Origin: Camelus ferus
Lineage: Eukaryota
Reading direction: 5' to 3'
Assembly: GCF_009834535.1 (NCBI RefSeq)
Contig: NC_045696.1
Location: 121,336,001 to 121,400,000, forward strand
Length of the DNA: 64,000 nt
Shown: piece by piece, positions 1-11,124 of the stretch
How the letters are laid out: each line of letters starts with the position of its first letter
Numbering within the stretch: the stretch's first letter is position 1
The notes under the pieces: model-generated
The model's input: the letters and a program-made list of their open reading frames with translations, nothing else
Databases searched by the model: none
What the model was told of the DNA's origin: nothing
Position numbers and translations under genes: made by a program

Positions 1-1349
1 GCAGTATGGCCATTTTAACAATATTGATTCTTCCAATCCAAGAACATGGTATATCTTTCCATTTGTTTATGTTGTCTTCAATTTCCTTCATCAGCGTCTT
101 ATAGTTTTTGGCATATAGGTCTTTTGCCTCCTTGGGTAGGTTTACTCCTAGGTATTTTATTCTCTTTGGCATGATGGTAAGTGGTATTGTTTCCTTAATT
201 TCCCTTTCTGCTATTTTACTGTTAGAGTATAGAAACGCAACTTATTTCTGTATATTAATTTTGTATTCTGAAACTTTACCATATTCATTGATGAGCTCTA
301 GTAGTTTTCTGGTCACTTCTTTAGGGTTTTCTATGTATAGTATCATGTCATCTGCAAATAGTGACAGTTTTACTTCTTCATTTCCAATTTAGATTCCTTT
401 TATTTCTTTTTCTTCTCTGATAGCTGTGGCTAAGACTTCCAAAACTATGTTGAATAAAAGTGGTGAGAGTGGGCATCCTTGTCTTGTTCCTGATCTTACA
501 GGGAATGCTTTCAGCTTTTCTCCATTAAGTATGATGTTAGCTGTAGGTTTGTCATATATGGTCTTTATTATGTTGAGGTATCTCCCGACTATGCCCAGTT
601 CCTGGAGAGTTTTGATCATAAATGGGTGTTGAATTTTATCAAAAGCTTTTTCTGTGTCTATTGAGAGTATCTATATAGTTTTTATTCTTTAATTTGTTAA
701 TGTGGTGTATCACGTTGATTGATTTGCATATACTGAAAATTTCCTGCATCCCTGGGATAAATCCAACTTCATCTTGGTGTATGATCCTTTTAATGCAGTG
801 TTGGAGTCGATGTTCTAGTATTTTGTTGAGGATTTTTGCATCTATATTCACAGGTGATATTGGCCTGTAATTTTCTTTTTTTTGTGATATCCTTGTCTGG
901 TTTTGGTATCAGGGTGATTATGGCCTCATAGAATGAGTTTGGAAGTGTTCCTTCCTCTGCAACTTTTGGGAATACTTTCAGAAGGATAGGTGTTAACTCT
1001 TCTTTAATGTTTGGTAGAATTCACCTGTGAAGCCATCTGGTCCTGGACTTTTGTTTGTTGGGAGGTTTTTAATTACTGATTCAATTTCAGTACTGGTAAT
1101 TGGTCTATTCATACTGCCTGTTTCTTCCTGGTTTAGTCTTAGCAAATTGTTCCTTTTTAAGAAATTGTCCATTTCTTCTGCATTGTCATTTTCGTTGGCA
1201 TATGGTTGCTCATAGTATCCTTTTATGATCCCTTGTATTTCTGTGGTGTCAGCTGTAACTTCTCCTTTTTCATTTCTGATTTTGTTAATTTGGGCCCTCT
1301 CGCTTTTTTTCCTGATGAGTCTGACTAAAGGCTTATCAATTTTGTTTAT
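1..1349 (-). mobile_element. LINE-1 ORF2 fragment (linker/RT region), frameshifted, continues beyond the left window edge
   Basis: Minus-strand ORFs 389..619 ([29 protein letters not shown]) and 639..851 ([12 protein letters not shown]) are canonical L1 ORF2p RT motifs, split between frames. Confidence 0.97.
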
Positions 1350-1821
1350 TTAAGAAAATTGAAATCGTACCAACCATCTTTTCAGACCACAATGCTATTA
1401 GATTAGAAATCAACTACAAGAAAAAAACTGCAAAATTGCAAACACATGGAGGCTAAACAACATGCTACTACACAACCAGTGGATCATAGAATAAATAAAA
1501 GAGGAAACCAAAAAAATACTTAAGAGACAAATGAAAACAAAAACACAACAACCCAAAACCTCTGGGATGCAGCAAAAACAGTTCTCAGAGGGAAGTTTAC
1601 AGCGACACAAGTCTACCTCAGGAAACAAGAAAAATCTCAAGTAAACAACCTAACCTTACACCTAAAGCAGCTGGAGAAAGAAGAACAAACAAACCCCAAA
1701 GTTAGTAGAAGAAAAGAAATCACTAAAGATTGGAGCAGAAATAAATGAAATAGAGACTGAAAAAACAATAGAAAAGATCAATGAAACTAAAAGCTGGTTC
1801 TTTGAAAAGATAAACAAAATT
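1350..1821 (+). mobile_element. Inverted 5' segment of the same L1 (ORF2 endonuclease C-terminus/linker)
   Basis: Plus strand reads KKIEIVPTIFSDHNAIRLEINYKKK ... NTWRLNNMLL ... [10 protein letters not shown]. It ends where the minus-strand part begins (INKIDKPL). Confidence 0.93.
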
Positions 1822-2213
1822 ATTTTATTATTATTTTTTTCATTGAAGTATGGCCAGGTACAATGTGTCATTTTCTGGTGTACAGCACAATGTCCCAATC
1901 ATACATACACATACATATAATCATTTTCATTAAAAGTTATTATAAGATATTGAATATAGTTTCCTGTGCTATACATAAGAAATTTGTTTATTTTTATACA
2001 TAGTGATTAACACTTGCAAATCTCAAACTCTCAAATTTATCCCTTCCCACTCCCTTTCCCCTCTGTTAACCATAGGATTGTTTACTATGTCTGTGAGTCT
2101 GTTTCTTTTCTTTTGTAGATGAGTTCATTAGTGTCCATCTGTTTTTTTTTTTAAGATTCCACATATGAGTGGTATCATATGATATTTTTCTTACTCTTTC
2201 TGGCTTACTTCAC
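1822..2213 (-). mobile_element. 5'-truncated young L1 3' end (3'UTR plus A-rich tail)
   Basis: T-rich tail followed by cattgaagta...tacaatgtgtca...gtacagcacaatgtccc, the reverse complement of the L1 ends at 28535-29120 and 33076-33682. Confidence 0.92.
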
Positions 2214-3020
2214 CTCCGCCTTTAAATAAACACGATGCTTCTTTTATGAAGTACGTCTCTTCTACAGGGTCTCCCACGGATGCTGGGACACTGCTCTTGC
2301 TCACTTATCATTAATTCTGTTGACACTGGAGAGCTTACACTGCTGGGTCCTTCATAAGGTACAAGCCCTGTGGTGAGTGGGGCCCAGTCTCTCAGTGGAG
2401 AAACCTCCCACCACACCCTCGTCACCATCATTAAATGATTGTCAGTGATAAATATTTATTGTACACCTACATTTCGTAAGCATGGGCTTGGCTACTCTCA
2501 TGATTACAGCTGACCCTGGAACAATACGGGTTTGAACTGCATGGGTCCACTTATATGTGGATTTTTTTTTTTCAATAAATATCTTGGAAAATGTTTCGGA
2601 GCTCTGTGACAATTTGAAAATCTCGCAGACAAACCATGTAGCCCAGAAAGATTGAAAGAATTAAGAATGCTAATTATGCTTAATTTAAAAAATGAAGAAT
2701 TCTAATTTAAAAATTAGAGTTAAGCATGTCATTAATTAATAAAGTACATGTAGATATTAGTCTATTTTATCATTCACCACCATAAAACATACATAAATCT
2801 ATTCTAAAAAGTTAAGATTTATCAAAGCTTAAGCACACAAACACTAAGAGACCCTCCATGGTGCCATCTGCAGTGCAGAGAATCTGAACAAGTATAAAGA
2901 TGCAGAATTAAACCCTAACCCACACAGTTGCTCTCGGTACACACTGCTCCCCCAGAGTGACTCCACAGCCACCTCCTGTTGCTACTGCGTTGAGCTTGAG
3001 CATCGAGCACCCACTTAAGA

Positions 3021-3122
3021 TGCCACGTGAGGCTCACCACCTCCACATGAGCAGCTGTAATTGAGGTAAACTGCCACGTGAGGCTCACCACCTCCACATG
3101 AGCAGCTGTAATTGAGGTAAAC
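3021..3122 (+). repeat. Perfect 51-bp tandem duplication
   Basis: tgccacgtgaggctcaccacctccacatgagcagctgtaattgaggtaaac occurs at 3021 and again at 3072. Confidence 0.97.
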
Positions 3123-3199
3123 TGCGTATCCCAGTAAAAAGAGACCTGCAGTTCTTGAGTATTTTTCATCACGTTTAGTCCAGTACCAAGAACCCTAAC

Positions 3200-4940
3200 A
3201 CCCGGGGACCCACAGGCAGTGCCTCTAGTGATGCTGGACGTGCCCCTGAGAGGCAGAGAAAAGTCACGACATCACAGGAAAAAGCGGAATTGTTTGATGT
3301 GGACTGTAGACTGAGCTCTGCAGCTGAATGAATCCAGCGTAAGGGCCATTGTGAAGAAAAAAAAGAAAAGAAAATTTGTGACACCGTCACTGCCGCTATG
3401 CCAGCAGGTGTGAACACCTTGCACACTTTGTGAAATGCCTTTTATTTCGACTTGAAAAGCAGCTTTTCTGTGGGTGCAAGGATTGCTGTAAGGAAGGCAT
3501 ACCTACAGACTCTTACCGATTTGAGGAAAAGCACAGTCATTAGGTGACAACTTAAAGCACAAGGAAGGTGAAGAATCTAAAGCTGGAGAATCTGATGCCA
3601 GCAAAGGATGGTTTGATGATTTTAGAAAGAGGTTTGGCTTAAAAATACCAAAAGAAGCAGTTCCTGCTGACCAAGAGGCAGCAGACAAGTTCCCAGACAC
3701 CGTTAAGAAAACCATTGAGGAGAAAGCAATCTGCCTCAGGAAGACAAAAGTGCCACAGAGGACACCTGTCAGTAGGAACAGAATGAGCAAGCAGGACTTC
3801 CGGCAGGAAGGGGTGGGGGGCTCTTCCGTTCTGTGCAAACGCAGCCGGGGTTTATGATCAGGACTGCCTTGATCTAGGAAGCTCTAACCCCCGAGGCTTG
3901 AAGGGAGAAGATAAGCACAGTTTTCTGGTTGGTGTTGCTGCACAGCTCCTCCTGGACAGGGAGGGCCCTTTTTCTGGATTGGGTCCATCAGTGCTTAGTC
4001 CCTGCAGTCAGGAAGCACCTTGTTAGTAAGGACTGCCTTAAAAGTTCTTTACATGTAGGGTGACGCCCCTGGACACCAGAGCCCCATGATTCAACACTGA
4101 AGGTGTTGGGATGGTCAATCTGCCCCCAAACACAACGTCTCTAATTCAGCCTCCAGATCAGGGGGCCATGAGGACCCTTAAGGTTCATTACACACAGTGC
4201 TCTCAGGAAAGGATGGTCAGTGCTGGCGAAGAACCCCAACAGAGAGAGCATCATCAGAGTCTGCAAGGACCACATCACTGAAGATGCCATCACTGTCACA
4301 GAAGGGACAAGAAAGCCATCACGCCCGAAATGATAAACCCTCGCAGGAGAAAACTGTCCAGATACTGTGTGTCATTTCATAGGATCCATGACGGAGCCAA
4401 TCAAGAAAATCATGGCAGAGACTGTGGAGATGACAAAAGAGGGGTGTGTGTTTGGGTGTGTGTGGTTTCAAGATACAGATCTTGGAGTAATTCAAGAGCT
4501 AAGAGACCCCACATCAGAGGAATCAACTTAAGATGACTTAATGCAGACGAGTGTTTCCCAACCAGCGCCAGACAACGAGGAAGAAGACAGTCCCCCAAAA
4601 CAAACTGCCGTCAGATGATCCAGCAGAAGGGTTCTGAGTATCCGAGACTGGTTTTCACTTCTTTTACAAGGTGGGCTCTCTATGATACAGGCAGTGAAAC
4701 TAAAGCCAACAGTGGAAGAAACATTTTTAGAGAAATGAAAAAGCAGAAAAGTCAGATGGAAACTATGATGTGTTTCCATAAAGTTACACAATGTGTGCCT
4801 GCCTCCCCTTCCACGCCCTCCACCTCTGCACCCAAGGCAGCAGGACCCTCACCTCCTCCTCCTCCCTCCTCCGCTGACTCAGCATGGAGACGGGAGGATG
4901 AGACCTTCAGGATGGTCCACCTCCACTTCATGAACAGTAA
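3200..4940 (+). pseudogene. Degenerate Tigger2 transposase (CENP-B-type HTH + DDE)
   Basis: ASKGWFDDFRKRFGLK at 3597-3644, LPPNTTSLIQPPDQG at 4120-4164, RNIFREMKKQKSQ and Pro-rich tail in ORF 4615..5082. Many frameshifts and stops. The segment that should carry the first catalytic Asp (about 3740) appears deleted. Confidence 0.9.
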
Positions 4941-6376
4941 GGAATCATCATGTGTCTCTGTTGTGTGTCCGTGTGTGTGTTCATGTGAAAATCTAATGAG
5001 TGTATGGCAAGGACTGTGTAGACATTTTTGCATTGTCATCATCATCACCTGCACGTTCATCATGCACAGCATCATGTACTGATGATGGACAGTCTACCCA
5101 TCATACGAGACTCATACTGAAATGGAGAGCCTATCCTTAGAGGCATAAGGTGAGTGATGCTTAATATCAAATTGAAGTCTTAGTTTTCATACTGTGTTAC
5201 AACTTTGCTTTAGAAGAATAACATGATGGGACAGTATGCCTGCCTCCCACTCTCCTCCTCTCTCTCATACAATTGGAGAAATCGCGTATCAGCTACCATC
5301 ACAGGTAAGTGGCTTTTTTTTTTTACAGGTAAGTGGCTTTTTAAAAAATGTAACAATGTTCCTGACGCTGTATGATGAATATGACTGTAATTCTGCACGC
5401 CATAAAGTTTTATAATGAGTCATTCCTTGGGGTACGAGCAAGGCTACTGTGAAGCAATCATATTGATGACACTAGGTCACCATAAAGAATCATACTGCTG
5501 CTTCTCTTTTATCAGTGCATGAATCGTTATACCTGTAAACAAATATGAGTTTCCTTTGCACACTGTCTTTTCCTTTTTGTGTCTAGTGTTAGTACATGTA
5601 ACATCAACAGTCTTTTATATCCTGTAAGACACGTGGATTGTACTGACATGATTCATCTTGTAAACAGAGGACGTAAACTTACAGTATTGATAAATTCAGT
5701 ACTATAAATGTATTTTCTCTTCCTTTTGTTTATCTTAATAACGTTTTCTTTTCTCTAGCTCGCTTTATTATAGTAATATAGTATATAATGCATAGAACAT
5801 ACAAAATATTTAATTGACTGTTTATGTCAACAGGAGGTTATTAGTAGTTCAGTTGTGGTCAAAAATTATCTGCAAATTTTTGACTGCATGACAGGGTCAG
5901 CACCTCATAACCCCCAAGTTATTCAAGGTCAAGTGTATAAAGGAGCAGCAAGTCCACAAAGCTGCAGCTCTCACAGCTCATCACAGGCTCTGGCTAAGTT
6001 CCTGACGCTCAATCTCTCTTTGAAGCTACACAACCTGTGTGGGTCCCGGATTCAGCAGGTGAGGAAACCTGATTCAAATACACTGCTTTCCTGTAACAAC
6101 ATCAGCGATTTCAGCGCCTAAACTTGGTCCCCTGGAGAACTGCTATTTGCTTCAGAGTGCAACCCGAACTTTTTCTTATGTCTTACTTATTTGCAAATGC
6201 TTCCAATTAGCAATTGGTATTCATTTCCGTGCATTCTCTCATTCACTCAATGAAGATTTAATGAGTGCCTGTGATTTTTTCCAGCGCTGAGCTAGGCCCT
6301 AGGGATTCAGCATTAAACTAGTAACATACGATACCTCCCCAAAGCAAGGAGTTCAATTTATAATATAGATGTCCTA

Positions 6377-7544
6377 GGCAAAACTACTCTGACATAAATC
6401 ATAGCAACGTTCTCCTAGGTCATTCTCCCAAGGCAATAGAAACAGAAGCAAAAATAAACAAATGGGACCTAATCAAACTTATAAGCTTTTGCACAGTGAA
6501 GGAATCCATAAACAAAGCAAAAAGACAACCTACAGAATGGAATAACATATTTGCAAATGATGTGACTGACAAGGGCTTAATTTCCAGAATATACAAACAG
6601 CTCATACAACTTAACAACAACAACAACAAACCAAGCAACCTAGCCCAAAAATGGCCAGAAGACCTAAACAGACATTGCTCCAACAAAGACTTACTTACAC
6701 ATGGCCAACAAGCATATGAAAAAGATGCTCAATATCACTAAATACCAGAGAAATGCAAATCAAAACTACAACGAGGTATCACCTCACACTGGTCAGAATG
6801 GCCAGCATTAAAAAATCCACAAATGATAAATGCTGGAGAGGGCATTGTCGATGGGAATGTAGTTTGGTGCAGCCACTATGGAAAACAATACAGAGATTCC
6901 TTAAAAAACTAAAAATAGACTTACCACATGATCCAGCCATCCCACTCCTGGGCATATATCCGGAGGGAACTCTAATTTGAAAAGATACATGCACCCCAAT
7001 GTTCACAGCAGCACTATTTACAACAGCCAAGACATGGAAACAACTAACTGTCCATCGACAGATGAGTGGATAAAGAAGCTGTGGTATATTTATACAATGG
7101 AATTACTACTCAGCCATAAAAAATAAAATAATGCCATTTGCAGCAACATGGATGGACCTTGGGATCGTCATTCTAAATAAAGTAAGCCAGAAAGAGAAAA
7201 AAATACCATATGATATCACTCATATGTGGAATCTAAAAAATGACACAAACGAACTTATTTACAAAACAAAAACACTCACAGACATTGAAAACAAACTAGG
7301 GGAGGGATAAATTCGTAGTTTGATATTAGCAGATACACATTACTATATATAAAATAGATAAACAACAAGGACCTACTGTATAGCACAGGGAACTATTTCA
7401 ATATCTTGTAATAACCTGTAATAAAAGGAACATGAAAAAGAATATATGTATATGTATGCATAACTGATTCACTGTGCTGTATACCATAAACTAACACAAC
7501 ATTGTACAGCAACTATACTTCAATAAAAATAAATACATAAGAAT
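6377..7544 (+). mobile_element. 5'-truncated young L1 (ORF2 C-terminus + 3'UTR) with TSD
   Basis: ORFs 6496..6741 and 6753..6980 ([17 protein letters not shown]...[12 protein letters not shown]) match L1 ORF2p. TSD ataatatagatgtccta (6360-6376) / ataaaacagatgtccta (7545-7561). Confidence 0.96.
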
Positions 7545-7691
7545 ATAAAACAGATGTCCTACTTAAGGTCCCATCCATTCTGTGGGAAGCCTTGATGCAC
7601 AGGAAGGACATTCTGTGGAGCAGTGGCTTTGGCCACCCTCTGTAGAACCCTGCAGAGGAGGCATTCCTGCCCCAGCTCAGAGAAAGACAGA

Positions 7692-7775
7692 CAGGAAACA
7701 CCTTCTCTTATGTGACATCTTTAGATGTACAGCAGGAAACACCTTCTCTTACGTGACATCTTTAGATGTACAGCA
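7692..7775 (+). repeat. 41-bp tandem duplication, one mismatch
   Basis: caggaaacaccttctctta(t/c)gtgacatctttagatgtacag at 7692 and 7733. Confidence 0.95.
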
Positions 7776-8299
7776 CATGTGACAGACACAAGTGGCTCTC
7801 TGTCACTTCTGGAAGCCCACCACACATATTTTATGTGATCTGCAGCTATTCTGGGAGCTGGGTGTGCTTTGTATTTGTACAGTTAGACAACACACTTTCA
7901 GGAATTAGCAGGCTGAGGCTAAAATGAGGCAGATTTTGGCCCCAGAAAGAGACCTCTTACAATCAGAAAAACTGGAAGGAGGAGTGAGACACCACTCAGC
8001 AGAAATAGGAAGAGGAGATTTAAGCAACAGGTGGGGGAGGAATGCACTAATTCTTAAGGTTTCTTTCAACTCTGCAATGGGAATTCTGTTCCTGAATTCA
8101 AATACAGATTTTTTAAAAAGTTGCTTTGATATCAGGAGAGTGGATAAGTTTTAATTATCTAGAGGATAAGTTCAGTGGCTACAGGTGGTCCCTGGTTCAT
8201 TTCCAGCCCTGACTGTGTCTGATCTGACATGAGATCCTGCTCCCTAGGTACCATATGTTGCACAAACATACACAAAGCAGAATGTGTGCACTGATCATG

Positions 8300-8820
8300 C
8301 CTTTTTGTTTTCTTTATTTTTTATGCATTGACATTTTGGGTCCTACTAACCCTGGAAAGACTGGCCAATTCTTAGAGTAAGAAATCTGGGCGGGGTGGGG
8401 GCCTTCATACGCAAACCACCCAATCCAGAGCCCACCCCTGCCCCAGTCACCTCCCTTACCCAGCTCTTACACTCTCCACTAACCTAATCCCTCGAGGCCA
8501 GGAATCAGACAACCAGGGACAGTCCCTGTGCTCTGCAGTTCACTGAAATTAATTCAGAACAGCCAATCAACCTGCTTACCCTGCCTCGCCCGCTCTGTCC
8601 CATGAAAACCACAATGGAGGCTCCTATTGGTACCTCCTCCTTGCTCCCTCGGCCTGGGACAGACCCCAGGGCTGCCGGAGACCCTGCGTGCCCCGTGCTG
8701 TCTCCTGTTTAGATGGAAATATGAGTATAGACTCCTTCCTTTAGGACATTTTGCGTCTGCGTGCCTTACCATGCCTGATTAAAATAATGCCTTCAAGCGT
8801 CCCTAGGTTACACTTAAAAC
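8300..8820 (+). mobile_element. Solo ERVL-class LTR, MER74-like
   Basis: Blocks atgcattgacat, catacgcaaaccacccaatccagagccc, agacaaccagggacag, cctgcttaccctgcctc and ccttaccatgcctga follow the MER74 consensus as I recall it. Confidence 0.75.
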
Positions 8821-8944
8821 TCTAGATAGGTAACTACAGGAAGGTAGGCAGTTTGATAAAGAAGAATCAACTGAAACGGAAATTTAGGGATCGCTTTGTG
8901 GAGGTGTGTAGCTTTATCCTGGCTTCTGTGGTCAGTACAGGAAA

Positions 8945-9125
8945 GTAGCTGACACTGACTAAGCACCGTCCACCTGCTGCTGTGTGGACGTTACAGGACT
9001 CAAGTCTCAGAATGTGACAGCGTGGCAGGCAGGGACGATGGATACCGGAGCAACTGACATGAGGAAATTAAGTAACCTGCCCTTGGTCGGCCTTAAGCCC
9101 AGCTCCTGGCCCTGCAGAGCACGAG
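8945..9125 (-). mobile_element. MIR SINE fragment
   Basis: caactgacatgaggaaattaagtaacctgcccttggtc resembles the reverse-complement MIR core. Confidence 0.55.
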
Positions 9126-9489
9126 GCCAGGCTTTCTGCTCCAGGTTTTATTTAGTTATTTATTATTGTACCCCAGTTACCTCTCTCCGCACCAAAGACA
9201 CCTGTCACGGTAGCCTGCCTGACCTTCAAGGTCGCAGACCCGAACGGGAAAGGACTCCAGCCACCTGCCCCGAGAGTCTGCCAGATTGCTGAGACAACAG
9301 CACATGCCAGGCTTGGTGGGAGGACGAGAAAGTGTGTTTATCATCAGGTTCTACAGGTACAGGAAAAGACAATAAACTATGAAACTCAGGCTGCTCCCTG
9401 TGGATGATGGAGCAGGTGTTTCCTGGCCCTGGTCTCAGGCAGGACCTCCTTATCCACTCAGAGCCCAAGGTCTCAACTCAGCACTCCAG

Positions 9490-9640
9490 GTGGGCCTGAC
9501 CCAAGGCTCAATTCTTCGAGTGCTTTTACTTCTGCCTACACAGGTCCCCAGGTCATCTCATCCGCCTCGTGGTTTTAAATAAAATTGCTAACTGATGACT
9601 TCGTATCTAGGTGTCTCATGCCTAGACGTCCTTCCTCCCC
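9490..9640 (+). mobile_element. L2 LINE RT fragment
   Basis: cccaaggctcaattct ... tcatctcatcc ... tggttttaaata ... ctgatgact matches the decayed PQGSVLG...YADD segment of L2. Confidence 0.65.
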
Positions 9641-10808
9641 GAGCACCACCGAGTGGTGTTGTCCCAGCCCCAACTTGGGCGGCACAGAGGTCCTGCCCAT
9701 GGAGAGAGGCGAGCCTCGAGGAAGAGGGCTCTGCTCTGGCTGATTTTACCTGAAACAAAGGCTGAAGTTCTGTCTAAATGTCTTGATGTCGAAACGCACA
9801 GAGACCTTGCTGGAGAGCAATTAAGAAAGGGCCAGGAGTCCCACGATACTAATAGTCAGAAATCCAACAGACAGCCAGGGAACAGGACAGATAAGAAGAG
9901 CCCTTCTGGGGTCAGGGAGGTTGCGGGCATCCCCTGGGCCACACTCAGTGGGGCAGACTCGAAAGCATCTTGCAAGTCACACCTGATTCCTCACCAAAAC
10001 ACAGAGGCCTTACTAGCTCAAGGGCATTATGTACAGATTCAGACCAACGCTGGCTGAATATCAAGCTACTCAGATGCAGAGATGACTCCCAGGAAGCCAG
10101 ACTTTCAAAATAAAATCACATTTATCCCTGGTGGTCTGAGAAACTGCATACACCCAAGGCTGAGCCCTCTAGGGACAGACCGGAGAGGTGAGCTCAGAGC
10201 TACTGCCCTGTGGCCAAACAGCAGACAAGACCGAACCGTCCTGAATTCTAAAGACAGCCTCCAAGCCCCCAGCCACTTCAGCATCTCAAACTTTACCTGT
10301 CAAAACAGAGCTTCTGATAACCACTCCTAATTTTTCAAAGAAACATTAGAAAAAAAATTTTCCAAATTGACAGCAGGAAACAAATAGCAACTTTATCACA
10401 TGAGCAAAAATAAGGAAAATGAACAAAGGGAAACAAAAATGTAAGATAAATAATAAACAAAATAAGATGGAAGAAACAAAATAAAGTATCATACACAGTG
10501 CATAAATGTAAACAGACTATTCTCCCATTAAAATACAAAGTCCATCTTACTGGCTTAAAAGAAACCCAGTTGAATGCAGTTTACAAGAAGCACAGAAGCA
10601 AAGTTAGAGAAAATAATAAAGCTTAAGCTTAAGGAATAAATTCAGGAAAATAAAAATCTAAAGAAAGCAGGATTGGTGGTATTAATAGCGAGTAAGTTGG
10701 ACTTTAAGGTTAAAGTGCTTAACAAGGTAAACAAGCCCCATGGATTTAAAAGTTGCACAATTTGTGATAAAGATATTGGTCATAAACCTGAAAGAATACA
10801 CACACATC

Positions 10809-10810
<2 letters not shown>

Positions 10811-10843
<33 letters not shown>

Positions 10844-10862
10844 GTAGGTAGGTAGGTAGGTA
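10811..10862 (+). repeat. Compound microsatellite (GATA)8(GGTA)5
   Basis: Read directly from the sequence. Confidence 0.98.
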
Positions 10863-11020
10863 AAGATATATAAAAAGATCATCTATATATACAAAACAAA
10901 ACCTATGCAAGAGAATGCTGTAAAAATTCAGTTACCACTGGACACCTATCTCAGAATGGACTGATTTATTAAATACACAATGAAGAAAATCATAGAGGAA
11001 TTGGCTAGTACAAAACAATA

Positions 11021-11124
11021 AGTGTGTATATATACAGACACACACGTGTATGTATATGTATATATGTAAACATACACACATATACACATATATACATACA
11101 TGTGTATTTTCACATATATGCATA
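11021..11124. repeat. Imperfect (TA)/(CA)/(TG) alternating purine-pyrimidine tract
   Basis: Read directly from the sequence. Confidence 0.9.

Larger units (their letters stand above)
2507..5935 (+). mobile_element. Tigger2-family (TcMar-Tigger/pogo) DNA transposon, both ends present
   Basis: Left TIR cagctgaccctggaacaa at 2507 and right TIR ttattcaaggtcaagtg ending at 5935. TA on both sides (2505-2506, 5936-5937). Internal transposase remnants. Confidence 0.93.

Noticed and set aside
389..851. ORFs with reverse-transcriptase motifs as a functional RT gene or retron-like system
   Set aside because: Frameshifted LINE-1 ORF2 fragments in a rearranged mammalian L1 copy.
4615..5082. 155-aa ORF as a domesticated TIGD/CENP-B-like gene
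   Set aside because: Only the transposase C-terminal tail, with mixed frames. The catalytic region upstream is broken, and the TIRs mark it as an ordinary dead copy.
3021..7775. Direct repeats (51, 18 and 41 bp) as CRISPR-like arrays
   Set aside because: Each has only two adjacent copies and no unique spacers, there are no cas genes, and the context is eukaryotic.
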